Shown here: positions 10,201 to 18,079 of the stretch, piece by piece
Layout of the letters: every line of letters begins with the position of its first letter
How positions within the stretch are numbered: the stretch's first letter is position 1
DNA from: Verrucomicrobiales bacterium
Lineage (GTDB): Bacteria > Verrucomicrobiota > Verrucomicrobiia > Verrucomicrobiales > V1-33
Reading direction: 5' to 3'
DNA length: 64,000 nt
NCBI GenBank assembly: GCA_031411295.1
Contig: JANOAV010000212.1
Span: 1 to 64,000 of the forward strand
Position numbers and translations under genes: made by a program
Notes under the pieces: model-generated
Databases searched by the model: none
What the model was told of the DNA's origin: nothing
Seen by the model: the letters and a program-made list of their open reading frames with translations, nothing else

Positions 10201-10414
10201 GTTAGGACGAGTGCCGGCGGATCAGGAAATTGCCATTTTAACCAAAGCGCTCGACGCGCAGTTGGCAACGTATAGCCAGGATAAAGAAGCCGCCGCTGCG
10301 TTACTCAAAGTGGGCGATCTCCCCAAGCCGGAAGGCATCAATGATAGTGAACTAGCCGCTTGGACTGCGCTCGGCAACGTCCTCCTGAACCTCAACGAAA
10401 CCATTTCCAATTGA
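7286..10414 (+). CDS. PSD1/PSCyt1 protein (planctomycete cytochrome c + DUF1549 + LamG-like insert + DUF1553)
   Basis: IDFAREIRPILSENCFTCHG, HWAF, HPIDAF, LLRRVSLDLTGLPP, CAQCHDHKYDP, PSHPELLDWLA, TPLQSLVLMNDP. LamG-like stretch HLTITYDG...MYVNG...GRVDDFRVYTRAL. Confidence 0.95.
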   Translation: MPKPIHFLAFLLPTLSAVAGPIDFAREIRPILSENCFTCHGPDSNKRKGELRLDLKESAFGKAKSGAVAIVPGNVAQSELVKRICATDADDVMPPPKEPKQLKPEQRELLKRWIQEGANWTGHWAFEAVKPMPVPAVGAKHPIDAFVQERLVKEGLKPAPEEDPARLLRRVSLDLTGLPPSIAEVDAFIAASAQNRDSALSAAVDKLLTSPHFGERLAVPWLDLARYGDTSGYHNDSLRDMWLWREWVIKSFNSGMTFDQFTIEQLAGDLLPNATIDQQVASGFHRNVMTSDEGGLIEQEYLNLYVVDRVATTGVTWMGLTIACAQCHDHKYDPVTQKDFYQVYAFFHNVPENGKDGVRTSNPKPFLQVPSAEQRAEQVRLAGEIATADKQLQEISKTLDAKQAAWEGTCVATGQAAEPAGPVIKIPLDADGNGTSDDGKQITGTMKGEGTFVEGAVGNSYRIEKKGWIEYGDAFSFEKDQAFTVSAWLRLKPAGGSPFGKMEATGGARGWDVEFHGTKPSFHLINNFPANAIHLQAKRDLPTDTFLHLTITYDGSGKGSGAKMYVNGQLEPTNIVIDKLTESIKTPEPFSIGRRGASSTPFTGRVDDFRVYTRALNAGEVASLGGAATMAIVKIPAAQRTPEQKAQLQKFFRESQAPEFATAQQKVEEIKKAKAAVEQAIPNTMVMAEMEKPRDTFIKVRGAYDQDGEKVAAGVPGFLPQIPPRADGKPLNRLDFAKWLVAKDQPLTARVTMNRWWAMLFGTGLVKTVNDFGSQSEWPSHPELLDWLAADFMSDWNIKRVLKQIVMSGTYRQSAKVAPELLARDTENRLLARGPRQRLDAEMIRDNALAIAGILNPQLGGKSIKPEQPAGTWEINEMGGYNYDKSKGTDLYRRGLYVYWRRSTVYPSFITLDAPTREFCNAQRAKTSTPLQSLVLMNDPVFVEAARAFAQRILKEGGTDNAARLRFAWRTALGRVPADQEIAILTKALDAQLATYSQDKEAAAALLKVGDLPKPEGINDSELAAWTALGNVLLNLNETISN

Positions 10415-11625
10415 AAACGTTCCTCTGTTTCCTGCTCCTCATCGCGCATACGTTCGCTGATGCCCTGAAGCCTCTGCCTGCCACGAACCCTTGGGACTTG
10501 GCGGCGTTAAGTCGCGCTCCTAAAGTGGAATGGCGCGATGAAGACAAACCGATCCGGTCGCTTTTATATTACGGGGAACCGTTCGAGGGCAAGCCCACCA
10601 AGGTCTTCGCCTACTACGCCTCGCCCGCCACTCTGGGCACCGACAAGACTTCCGGAAAGAGATTTCCCGCTGTGGTGCTAGTTCATGGTGGTGGTGGCAA
10701 TGCGTTCGAGCAATGGGTTCAGCATTATGCCAAACGCGGCTACGCGGCCATTTCCATGGACTTGGCAGGTTGCTGGAAACCGGATCCCGGCAAGAAACCC
10801 GAGCGCCACGCGGACGGGGGACCAGACCAGAACGACACCACGAAATTCAAGGAAACTCCTGCCCCGCATCACGATCAGTGGACGTATCACGCCGTGGCGG
10901 ATGTCCTGCTGGCCCACTCGCTGCTGCTGTCCCTGCCGGAAGTGGACAATGGCCGCACGGGAGTCACGGGCATTAGCTGGGGTGGTTACCTAACATGCAT
11001 CGTGGCGGGCGTGGATCCACGATTCAAAGTAGCGGTGCCGCAATACGGTTGCGGATTTCTGCAAGACAACAGCGCCTGGTCGAAACAATATTTCGACCCC
11101 ACGAAAACCGAATGGGCCTGGCGGCAGCAATGGGTGAAGCTCTGGGATCCCAGCAGTTACGTGGGTTCCGCCACCATGCCGATGTTGTTCATCAATGGTT
11201 CCAACGACTTCGCCTATCCCGTGGACAGCTATATGAAAACGTATGCGCTGGTGAAGTCGCCCAAGAATATCGCCATCAAGCCCGCCATGCCGCACGGTCA
11301 CATTTTCGATGTGCCGGAGGTGCTCACCAGCATCGATGCGGTGCTGCAAGGCGGCGTGCCGCTGGGTAAAGTAATTCGTTGTGCGTCTGCCGATGGCAAA
11401 GTGACTGCTGAAGTGGAAAGCAAGACCCCACTGGCCGCCGCAGAACTCCATTTCACCACCGCCCCGCACCCAGAGAATCTCAAGCGCGAATGGACGAAAC
11501 GACCGCTCAGCATTGAAGGCATGAAGATCACAGGCGAGGCTCCACCAACCGATGCCACGGCATGGTATCTCTCCATCAAGGACGAACGCGGGCTATTCAT
11601 CAGCAGCGAAGTCACCATTCACTAA
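10411..11625 (+). CDS. secreted alpha/beta hydrolase (acetylxylan esterase/PqaA-like)
   Basis: Likely TTG start overlapping the upstream TGA. VVLVHGGGG, nucleophile elbow GISWGG, NGSND and HGH. Confidence 0.85.
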   Translation: MKTFLCFLLLIAHTFADALKPLPATNPWDLAALSRAPKVEWRDEDKPIRSLLYYGEPFEGKPTKVFAYYASPATLGTDKTSGKRFPAVVLVHGGGGNAFEQWVQHYAKRGYAAISMDLAGCWKPDPGKKPERHADGGPDQNDTTKFKETPAPHHDQWTYHAVADVLLAHSLLLSLPEVDNGRTGVTGISWGGYLTCIVAGVDPRFKVAVPQYGCGFLQDNSAWSKQYFDPTKTEWAWRQQWVKLWDPSSYVGSATMPMLFINGSNDFAYPVDSYMKTYALVKSPKNIAIKPAMPHGHIFDVPEVLTSIDAVLQGGVPLGKVIRCASADGKVTAEVESKTPLAAAELHFTTAPHPENLKREWTKRPLSIEGMKITGEAPPTDATAWYLSIKDERGLFISSEVTIH

Positions 11626-11632
11626 TCAGCGT

Positions 11633-13081
11633 ATGAACATCCAACACGAAATCCAACAGGCGCTCGCCCGCCGCACCTTTTTGAAACGCAGCACCACAGG
11701 CTTGGGCGCGTTGGCGTTGACCTCGTTGTTCAACCCTAACTTTTTTAGCATGGAACCGGGCAATGGCGCGGAAGTGCCCGGGGCATTGAAGCGACTGCAT
11801 TTCGCGCCCAAGGCGAAACGCATCATTTACATGTTCATGTCAGGTGCGCCCTCACACTTGGATCTGTTTGATCCCAAGCCGAAGCTCACGGAAATGACGG
11901 GCAAGGACCTGCCGGACAGCGTGCGCAAAGGCCAGCGCATTACCGGCATGACCAGCGGGCAGAAGAATTTGCTGTGTGTAGGATCGCCTTTCAAGTTTGC
12001 TAAATATGGTCAGGCGCAGATGGATCTATCTGAGTTGCTGCCTAACCTAGCAAAGGTGGTGGACGATTGCACATTCGTGCGCTCGCTAAACACGGATCCC
12101 ATTAATCACGATCCTGCCGCCACGTTCTTCGCATCGGGACATCAACAACCGGGGCGTCCCGTCATGGGGGCTTGGTTAGCGTATGGCTTGGGCAGTGGCA
12201 ATAAGGACCTGCCATCGTTTGTGGTTTTAACCAGCGGTGGTGGCGGACAGACGTTGCAAACACGCTACTGGGGCAGCGGCTTTTTGCCCTCGCAATTCGG
12301 CGGGGTTCAGTTCCGCAATGCAGGGGATCCTGTGCTCTTTGTTTCCAATCCCAAGGGCATCAGCAGTGGCACCCGACGCCAACTTTTGGATGCCACGAAT
12401 GATCTCAATCGCATGGCGTTAGGAGAACTGGGCGATCCTGCCATCGCCTCGCAAATCGAGAATTACGAACTGGCCTTCCGCATGCAAACCAGCGTGCCGG
12501 AACTGACGGATCTTTCCAAAGAACCCAAAGCCGTGCTGGAACAATACGGGGCCGAACCCGGCAAACCCAGCTTCGCCAACAACTGCCTGCTGGCGCGTCG
12601 TTTGGCGGAACGGGATGTGCGTTTCATCCAACTCTGCCATCGCGATTGGGATCACCACGGCGGCCTGCCGTCCGGTTTACGCCAGAAGTGCAAGGAAACG
12701 GATCAGGGCGCGGCAGCCTTGGTGGCTGATCTCAAGCAACGCGGCCTGCTGGACGAAACATTGGTCATCTGGGGTGGGGAATTCGGCCGCACTGCCTACA
12801 GCCAGGGCGATATCAAGCCTGACAACTTCGGACGCGACCACCATCCGCGTTGTTTCACCGTCTGGATGGCCGGCGGCGGCATCAAGCCCGGCACCGTCTA
12901 TGGCGAAACCGACGACTTCGGCTACAACATCGTGCGCGATCCCGTCCACGTCCACGACCTCCACGCCACGCTCCTCCACGCCATGGGCGTAGATCACAAG
13001 CGCCTAACCTTCCGCCACGAAGGCCGGGACTATCGGCTCACGGACATTGCAGGAAATGTCATCGAGCCGCTGCTGGCATAG
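11633..13081 (+). CDS. DUF1501 domain protein with Tat signal
   Basis: ARRTFLK, AKRIIYMFMSGAPSHLDLFDPKP, WGGEFGRT, GRDHHP and VHVHDLHATLLH. Confidence 0.95.
   Translation: MNIQHEIQQALARRTFLKRSTTGLGALALTSLFNPNFFSMEPGNGAEVPGALKRLHFAPKAKRIIYMFMSGAPSHLDLFDPKPKLTEMTGKDLPDSVRKGQRITGMTSGQKNLLCVGSPFKFAKYGQAQMDLSELLPNLAKVVDDCTFVRSLNTDPINHDPAATFFASGHQQPGRPVMGAWLAYGLGSGNKDLPSFVVLTSGGGGQTLQTRYWGSGFLPSQFGGVQFRNAGDPVLFVSNPKGISSGTRRQLLDATNDLNRMALGELGDPAIASQIENYELAFRMQTSVPELTDLSKEPKAVLEQYGAEPGKPSFANNCLLARRLAERDVRFIQLCHRDWDHHGGLPSGLRQKCKETDQGAAALVADLKQRGLLDETLVIWGGEFGRTAYSQGDIKPDNFGRDHHPRCFTVWMAGGGIKPGTVYGETDDFGYNIVRDPVHVHDLHATLLHAMGVDHKRLTFRHEGRDYRLTDIAGNVIEPLLA
13048..13076 (+). repeat. 29-bp direct repeat, left copy (3' end of DUF1501 gene)
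   Basis: TGCAGGAAATGTCATCGAGCCGCTGCTGG; second copy at 14541-14569 has one mismatch. Confidence 0.9.
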
Positions 13082-13284
13082 CGAGCAGCGGACTGCAACG
13101 ATGTCAATAATTCCACAAACTGTTGGTGCGCGGTCAATGATTTTGTTCACTGTCTAAATGTGCATGCATTGAATTTGCCAAAGACATCGTCTCAAGGACG
13201 TCCGATCATACAATCCGTGATCCCGAAAAAATTGACTAGCTTTTTGAATTGGGGCAATAATTCGCTAAAATCAACACTCGCTTG

Positions 13285-13686
13285 ATGCACCCTTTACTAA
13301 CATTATTCACTTTGCGCGCTGGCGATCTCAAAAACCCGATAGGGGCAACGGTTTTCGGTTTGACACGTGACCGAAAGATTTGTCCTACCTGTCAGGAAGG
13401 AAAAATCGGTCGATTATCCTGGGATGCAGGCAACATAGAAATCCTCGCCACTAGAACTCGTTTTTTTCCTGATCTTATTGGGGGCCTGGGACCGCCAGTT
13501 ATCAGTGAGCGCGTGAAGCAGGATATGGCGGCAGCAAAAATTACGGGGTTCCGGGCGCACAAAACTCGCGTTTGGGTTTGGGATCGGGCCGATCACCGAG
13601 TTCCCATTCCCGATTTAACAAAAGATGATTGGGAAGCGGAACTGGCAGCAGCCGTGCAGGAAAAATTCCCCATGCAGCCACTTTAA
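13285..13686 (+). CDS. CxxC-containing hypothetical protein, short paralog of 13715-14521
   Basis: Shares HPLLT.F, CP.C..G.IG...W....IEILA, PDLI.G, DMA.AKITGF.AHK and P.PDLTKDDW.AEL with the neighbour but lacks about 100 internal residues. Confidence 0.7.
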   Translation: MHPLLTLFTLRAGDLKNPIGATVFGLTRDRKICPTCQEGKIGRLSWDAGNIEILATRTRFFPDLIGGLGPPVISERVKQDMAAAKITGFRAHKTRVWVWDRADHRVPIPDLTKDDWEAELAAAVQEKFPMQPL

Positions 13687-13714
13687 TTACATTAATCCTA
13701 CAATTCATATTACC

Positions 13715-14521
13715 ATGCAACGTCGTCGGCTACTTCAAACAGGGTTGGGTTCGGTCCTTCTTTCCGCTTGGGGGAGGGCGGAGGAACCTCCAAACGAAAA
13801 AACTGCTCCGAAAATTCCAGCCACCCTGCAGAAACACCCACTGCTGACTATTTTCGAATACCGGGGAGGCGACCCCAAAAGCCCCACCGGAGCCTCCGTT
13901 TTATATTTGGACGGCACCAGAAAGCCCTGCCCAGATTGTGAAAGTGGACGCATCGGCCCTTACAATTGGGGAAAAGCTGAAATCGAAATCCTGGCCCATA
14001 AAGCAACCTACTACCCCGATCTGATTCAAGGGCTTTACGTGGTGTTAGTGAATCAAAAGGTGCTGGACGACATGGCTGAAGCGAAAATCACCGGATTTAT
14101 CGCCCACAAAGCGAAAATCTGGCGTGTGAGTGGTCCCATCAGTAAAACTCCGCCGCCAGTCTATTATCTCCTTGAGATCACGGGCAAGTTTGAATTGGAC
14201 CGTAAGCTCTACGATGAATTTGAAGGCAAACTTTGCCCCACGTGCCACTCATGGAAGCCTGGCGGAAAATACACCTGGGGTGATAAAGTGGAACTACCAG
14301 TGTTGGACACCTGGAATGGAGGAGATTGGTCGAAGAACAATGTCGGTGCCGCAACTCCGTATTGCAGCCGGCGGGTGGTGGAACTAGCACGAGTAAAAAA
14401 ATGGACAGGATTTCGCATCTTGGCAACGACTTACGGTTTGCCCGTCCCGGACCTGACAAAGGACGATTGGGATGCTGAGTTAACTGCATCCGTGGAAAAG
14501 AAATTCCCGCTTTCTAAATGA
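13715..14521 (+). CDS. double-CxxC protein (Imm11/double-CXXCG-like), twin-arginine-like leader
   Basis: MQRRRLLQ leader. Two units each of the form CxxC...TGF (CPDC...KITGF and CPTC...KWTGF). Confidence 0.7.
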   Translation: MQRRRLLQTGLGSVLLSAWGRAEEPPNEKTAPKIPATLQKHPLLTIFEYRGGDPKSPTGASVLYLDGTRKPCPDCESGRIGPYNWGKAEIEILAHKATYYPDLIQGLYVVLVNQKVLDDMAEAKITGFIAHKAKIWRVSGPISKTPPPVYYLLEITGKFELDRKLYDEFEGKLCPTCHSWKPGGKYTWGDKVELPVLDTWNGGDWSKNNVGAATPYCSRRVVELARVKKWTGFRILATTYGLPVPDLTKDDWDAELTASVEKKFPLSK

Positions 14522-14540
14522 AACTGTGCAGAACTAGGAG

Positions 14541-14569
14541 TGCGGGAAATGTCATCGAGCCGCTGCTGG
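14541..14569 (+). repeat. 29-bp direct repeat, right copy
   Basis: TGCGGGAAATGTCATCGAGCCGCTGCTGG, intergenic. Confidence 0.9.
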
Positions 14570-14647
14570 TGCCGCAGACAGATGCATTGATTCCACGGCC
14601 GTTTGTCAGGGGTTGAAACATTTCGGTTTCTTCGTTAGGTTTCACAA

Positions 14648-15364
14648 ATGCACCCTATCGCATCCGAAGCCTCCTCATTTCACACTACTCGCTGGACGTT
14701 GGTCCGTCAGGCGCAGCAGCCATCTCCTTTAGGGCAACAGGCTTTGGCTGACCTTTGCGAAGCTTACTACGAACCTGTGGTGACGTTTCTTCGCTGTGAA
14801 TTGGGAAATTCCGAATCGGCACGGGAAGCAAGCCACGCCTTCTTCGTTCGCATTTTAGAGGGAGGTAAAATTCAGGGCGCGGAGCCAGGAAGCGGGCGCT
14901 TTCGATCCTATCTGCTTGGGGCAGTTAAGCACTTCCTGGCTCATGAGCGGGAAGCGCAATCTCGACTAAAGCGCGGAGGCGCTGAGCGAGCAGTTCACTT
15001 GGACGATCCATCCGTTGCCCAAGTCGTGGATCCGCAAATGTCTCCGGATGCAGCATTTGAAAGGCAATGGGCGCTCACAGTGCTGAGCCGAAGTTTGGAC
15101 GCATTACGCCTTCAGTGCGAAGCAGAGGGGCGCGGCAAATTATTCGCCAGTGCCCAGCCGCATCTCAATGGCGATGGGGTCCATGGCACACAGGAGGCGG
15201 CTGCCGCGGACTGTGGACTAAGTTTGCCCGCATTTCGCATGGCTTTAAGTAGGCTACGACTCAAGCTGCGCCAGCATGTAAAGGATGAGGTGGCTGGCAC
15301 GCTGGAGTCCCAGGAAATGATCGAAGAGGAAATGCTAGCGCTTTTTGCCGCCCTGAGCAAATAG
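14648..15364 (+). CDS. ECF sigma-70 factor (kinase-associated PVC type)
   Basis: N-terminal FHTTRWTLV, LCEAYYEPV, GRFRSYLLGAVKHFL, FERQWA and region-4 HTH ...ALSRLR. Directly upstream of a Ser/Thr kinase. Confidence 0.9.
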   Translation: MHPIASEASSFHTTRWTLVRQAQQPSPLGQQALADLCEAYYEPVVTFLRCELGNSESAREASHAFFVRILEGGKIQGAEPGSGRFRSYLLGAVKHFLAHEREAQSRLKRGGAERAVHLDDPSVAQVVDPQMSPDAAFERQWALTVLSRSLDALRLQCEAEGRGKLFASAQPHLNGDGVHGTQEAAAADCGLSLPAFRMALSRLRLKLRQHVKDEVAGTLESQEMIEEEMLALFAALSK

Positions 15365-15430
15365 TCACAGGGAATGTCTCCTGAAAAAAAGCTTGTTACG
15401 TTTTCAAACAGACACGGCAGTATACAGGGA

Positions 15431-16729
15431 ATGTCAGCTACAAACATCCACCAGAATCAGTGCCAAGTCTGCGGCTGCGCCCTCCCAGGCGCGCCTGGTG
15501 GATTGTGCCCTCGCTGTCTGATGGGCCGTATCATGGTCCCGACACAGCTCGGCACGGATGCGGCGGCACTGCCATTCACCATGGAGGAGCTGGCTCCATC
15601 ATTTCCTCAGTTGGAAATCATGGAATGTCTGGGTCGTGGCGGAATGGGGGTGGTTTATCGCGCTCGGCAAAAATCGCTCAACCGTTCCGTGGCTCTGAAA
15701 TTGATCGCTCCAGAGCGGGCTGACGATGCTGATTTCGCACGTCGCTTCGAGCAGGAAGCACAAGCCCTGGCGGCCCTGAATCATCAGAATATTGTTGCGG
15801 TGCATGATTTCGGCCAAGCTGGGGGTTTCTATTTTCTACTCATGGAATATGTGGATGGCCTGAATCTGCGACAACTACTCCAGTCACGTCGCCTAACCCC
15901 GACGGAAGCGCTTAGCATCGTCCCACCAATCTGTGATGCCCTGCAATGCGCCCACGCCCGAGGCATTGTGCATCGGGACATCAAGCCGGAAAATTTACTG
16001 CTGGATCGGCATGGAGTGGTTAAAATTGCAGACTTCGGGATCGCTAAAATGATGGAGCAGGAGGCGGATTCCGTTGGACTAACGCAGGCCTCCCTGGCCT
16101 ATGGCAGCACTGGCTACGCCTCGCCCGAACAGCAGGAAGCGGCTCTGCTGGATCATCGGGCCGACATCTATTCGCTCGGCGTGGTGCTGTATGAAATGCT
16201 GACTGGTGAACGTCCCAAAGAAACATGGGAACCCCCGTCGAGACGGGTCCAAGTGGACATCCGACTGGATGAGATTGTGCATCGGGCGTTGGAAAAATCA
16301 CCTGAATTACGATTCGCCACGGCTGCTGATTTTCGCACGCAGATCGAAATCGTGCAACGGGGATCGCTTCCGCGCTCCCACTGGAACTCTCCGCGCAAAG
16401 CGGCTGTAGGCGTAGCGGCTTGCCTCCTCGCTGCCGGGGCAGCCGCTACGCTCAAGCGCGACAATATGCCTAATGAAACCCATGCAAGGCCTGCGGTGCC
16501 TGCCACCTCCAAACAGGCCGACCTCAACACCGCCACCAACGAATTATCCCAGGTGTTTTCTGAGTTGCTAGAAAGCCGGAAAGCACAAGCCCTGGAAACG
16601 GCATCCGACACCCCGCCCAATCAGGCACGTGCGCAGCAGATCCAGCGACTGCAGCAACGCATGGAGCAACTTCAAGCCCTTATCACAGAATTATCCAACC
16701 ATTCACCGCCTCCAACTGACGCTCCATGA
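15431..16729 (+). CDS. Hanks-type Ser/Thr protein kinase
   Basis: N-terminal CxxC...CPRC, LGRGGMGVVY, VALK, HRDIKPEN, DFG, YASPEQ and DIYSLG. One TM helix and a coiled-coil tail. Confidence 0.95.
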   Translation: MSATNIHQNQCQVCGCALPGAPGGLCPRCLMGRIMVPTQLGTDAAALPFTMEELAPSFPQLEIMECLGRGGMGVVYRARQKSLNRSVALKLIAPERADDADFARRFEQEAQALAALNHQNIVAVHDFGQAGGFYFLLMEYVDGLNLRQLLQSRRLTPTEALSIVPPICDALQCAHARGIVHRDIKPENLLLDRHGVVKIADFGIAKMMEQEADSVGLTQASLAYGSTGYASPEQQEAALLDHRADIYSLGVVLYEMLTGERPKETWEPPSRRVQVDIRLDEIVHRALEKSPELRFATAADFRTQIEIVQRGSLPRSHWNSPRKAAVGVAACLLAAGAAATLKRDNMPNETHARPAVPATSKQADLNTATNELSQVFSELLESRKAQALETASDTPPNQARAQQIQRLQQRMEQLQALITELSNHSPPPTDAP

Positions 16730-17994
16730 AAATCATCTTACTCGCAACATCCCTAACCATTCTGTGTAATTCCTCATCCTGGTGCCAAACGGATCGTCCG
16801 CAGGCTAATGTCAAAGCTGAAGAATTGATTCGCGAAACGAAAAATAAAGTCCTTCAACGGGAACTCGAGGCAACCTTGATCGAGAAGCTTGAGCTGGAGA
16901 AACAGATCCTCACTGCGCCTGCAGAGCAGCAAGAATCCCTGAAAGCAAAAGTCGCAGCGTTAGCGAAATTTTGCGAAGGCCTTGAGCGCGACCTAATGCA
17001 GCCACCACCTTGGCCAAAACCCTCTCCCGCAGCATTAAAGAAAAGTGCTCAAGAGCAGATGGCAAAGCTCCAACGCTGGCGCAGCGAAAAGGATGCAACG
17101 CTTCGTCAGGCGATCTCGAATCTGCGCCAGACGGCGGTGGGAGGTTTGAAGCAGTTGGCTGGAAATTCTGAGCCTGCGGCCAGCACTGCACTCCTCTCGG
17201 AAGCGCGCAGACTGGGTATTCTGGAGCCTGAAACTCCACTGGAGAGCCCGGCACCATCCCCAGCAACGCTAGAGTTGAAAGGAATCTGGGAGCATGGATT
17301 GTCCCCATTCAGACGCGGATGCTGGTCGCCAAGCGGCCTGGGACTGCAACCTGATGGAACACCACACGGGACATGGACATGGCTGGATGAAAGCCAGGGA
17401 CTGTTCGTAGTCGATGATACAGGCTCCAAATGGGTGAACCTCTGTCGCGTAGTCGATAAGGATAACGTTTCCAGTGTGGTCATTGATGGCGCTCAATTCA
17501 GTTATAAACGAAAGGCTCCTGAATCCCCCGTCTTCCCTCCGCTGCCACCCTCCTGCGATATAATTACGAAGTTGATCGGAGCCGAAAAAACCCTGCGCGA
17601 TCAAGCGGCCCAAGCATGGAAGCAGGAAACCGAGAAAGCCAGCAAGGTGGTGGAATCAGTTATGCTAGATCTACCTGAACCGGAGCGTTCCGATATGTCC
17701 TCAGCGCTTTCCCTAGCCCAGAAACAACCCATGCTTCAAAGCAGAACCGAACCGGATGCACGGTTGTCCGGCAAATGGATTACCGAAGGTCGAACTTTGG
17801 AATTCATCTCAGATGGAGTCGTGCTGGTAAAAGGCGAACCAAAAGGAACTTGGCGCTGGGGTAAAGCTCGCTCTCACAGCTGCATCGTCTTCACCTTGGG
17901 AGCAGGGCAACTCACTGCCTTGGGTGAACTTGGGGCCGACTCGATGGAAGTTCGCATCATTGGGGCCGAAACCAAGCACGCGATGAAGCAGTAG
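16726..17994 (+). CDS. secreted hypothetical protein
   Basis: 422 aa with signal peptide, coiled coils and two G.W-containing beta modules. ATGA overlap with the kinase. Confidence 0.7.
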   Translation: MKIILLATSLTILCNSSSWCQTDRPQANVKAEELIRETKNKVLQRELEATLIEKLELEKQILTAPAEQQESLKAKVAALAKFCEGLERDLMQPPPWPKPSPAALKKSAQEQMAKLQRWRSEKDATLRQAISNLRQTAVGGLKQLAGNSEPAASTALLSEARRLGILEPETPLESPAPSPATLELKGIWEHGLSPFRRGCWSPSGLGLQPDGTPHGTWTWLDESQGLFVVDDTGSKWVNLCRVVDKDNVSSVVIDGAQFSYKRKAPESPVFPPLPPSCDIITKLIGAEKTLRDQAAQAWKQETEKASKVVESVMLDLPEPERSDMSSALSLAQKQPMLQSRTEPDARLSGKWITEGRTLEFISDGVVLVKGEPKGTWRWGKARSHSCIVFTLGAGQLTALGELGADSMEVRIIGAETKHAMKQ

Positions 17995-18079
17995 TGATAG
18001 TGCCTGGCTGAAATCTTTGGCGTTCGGGCCCTGCAGGCATCTCGGGCTGAAGCCAGAACTCCAGCGGTTGAACGGATGC

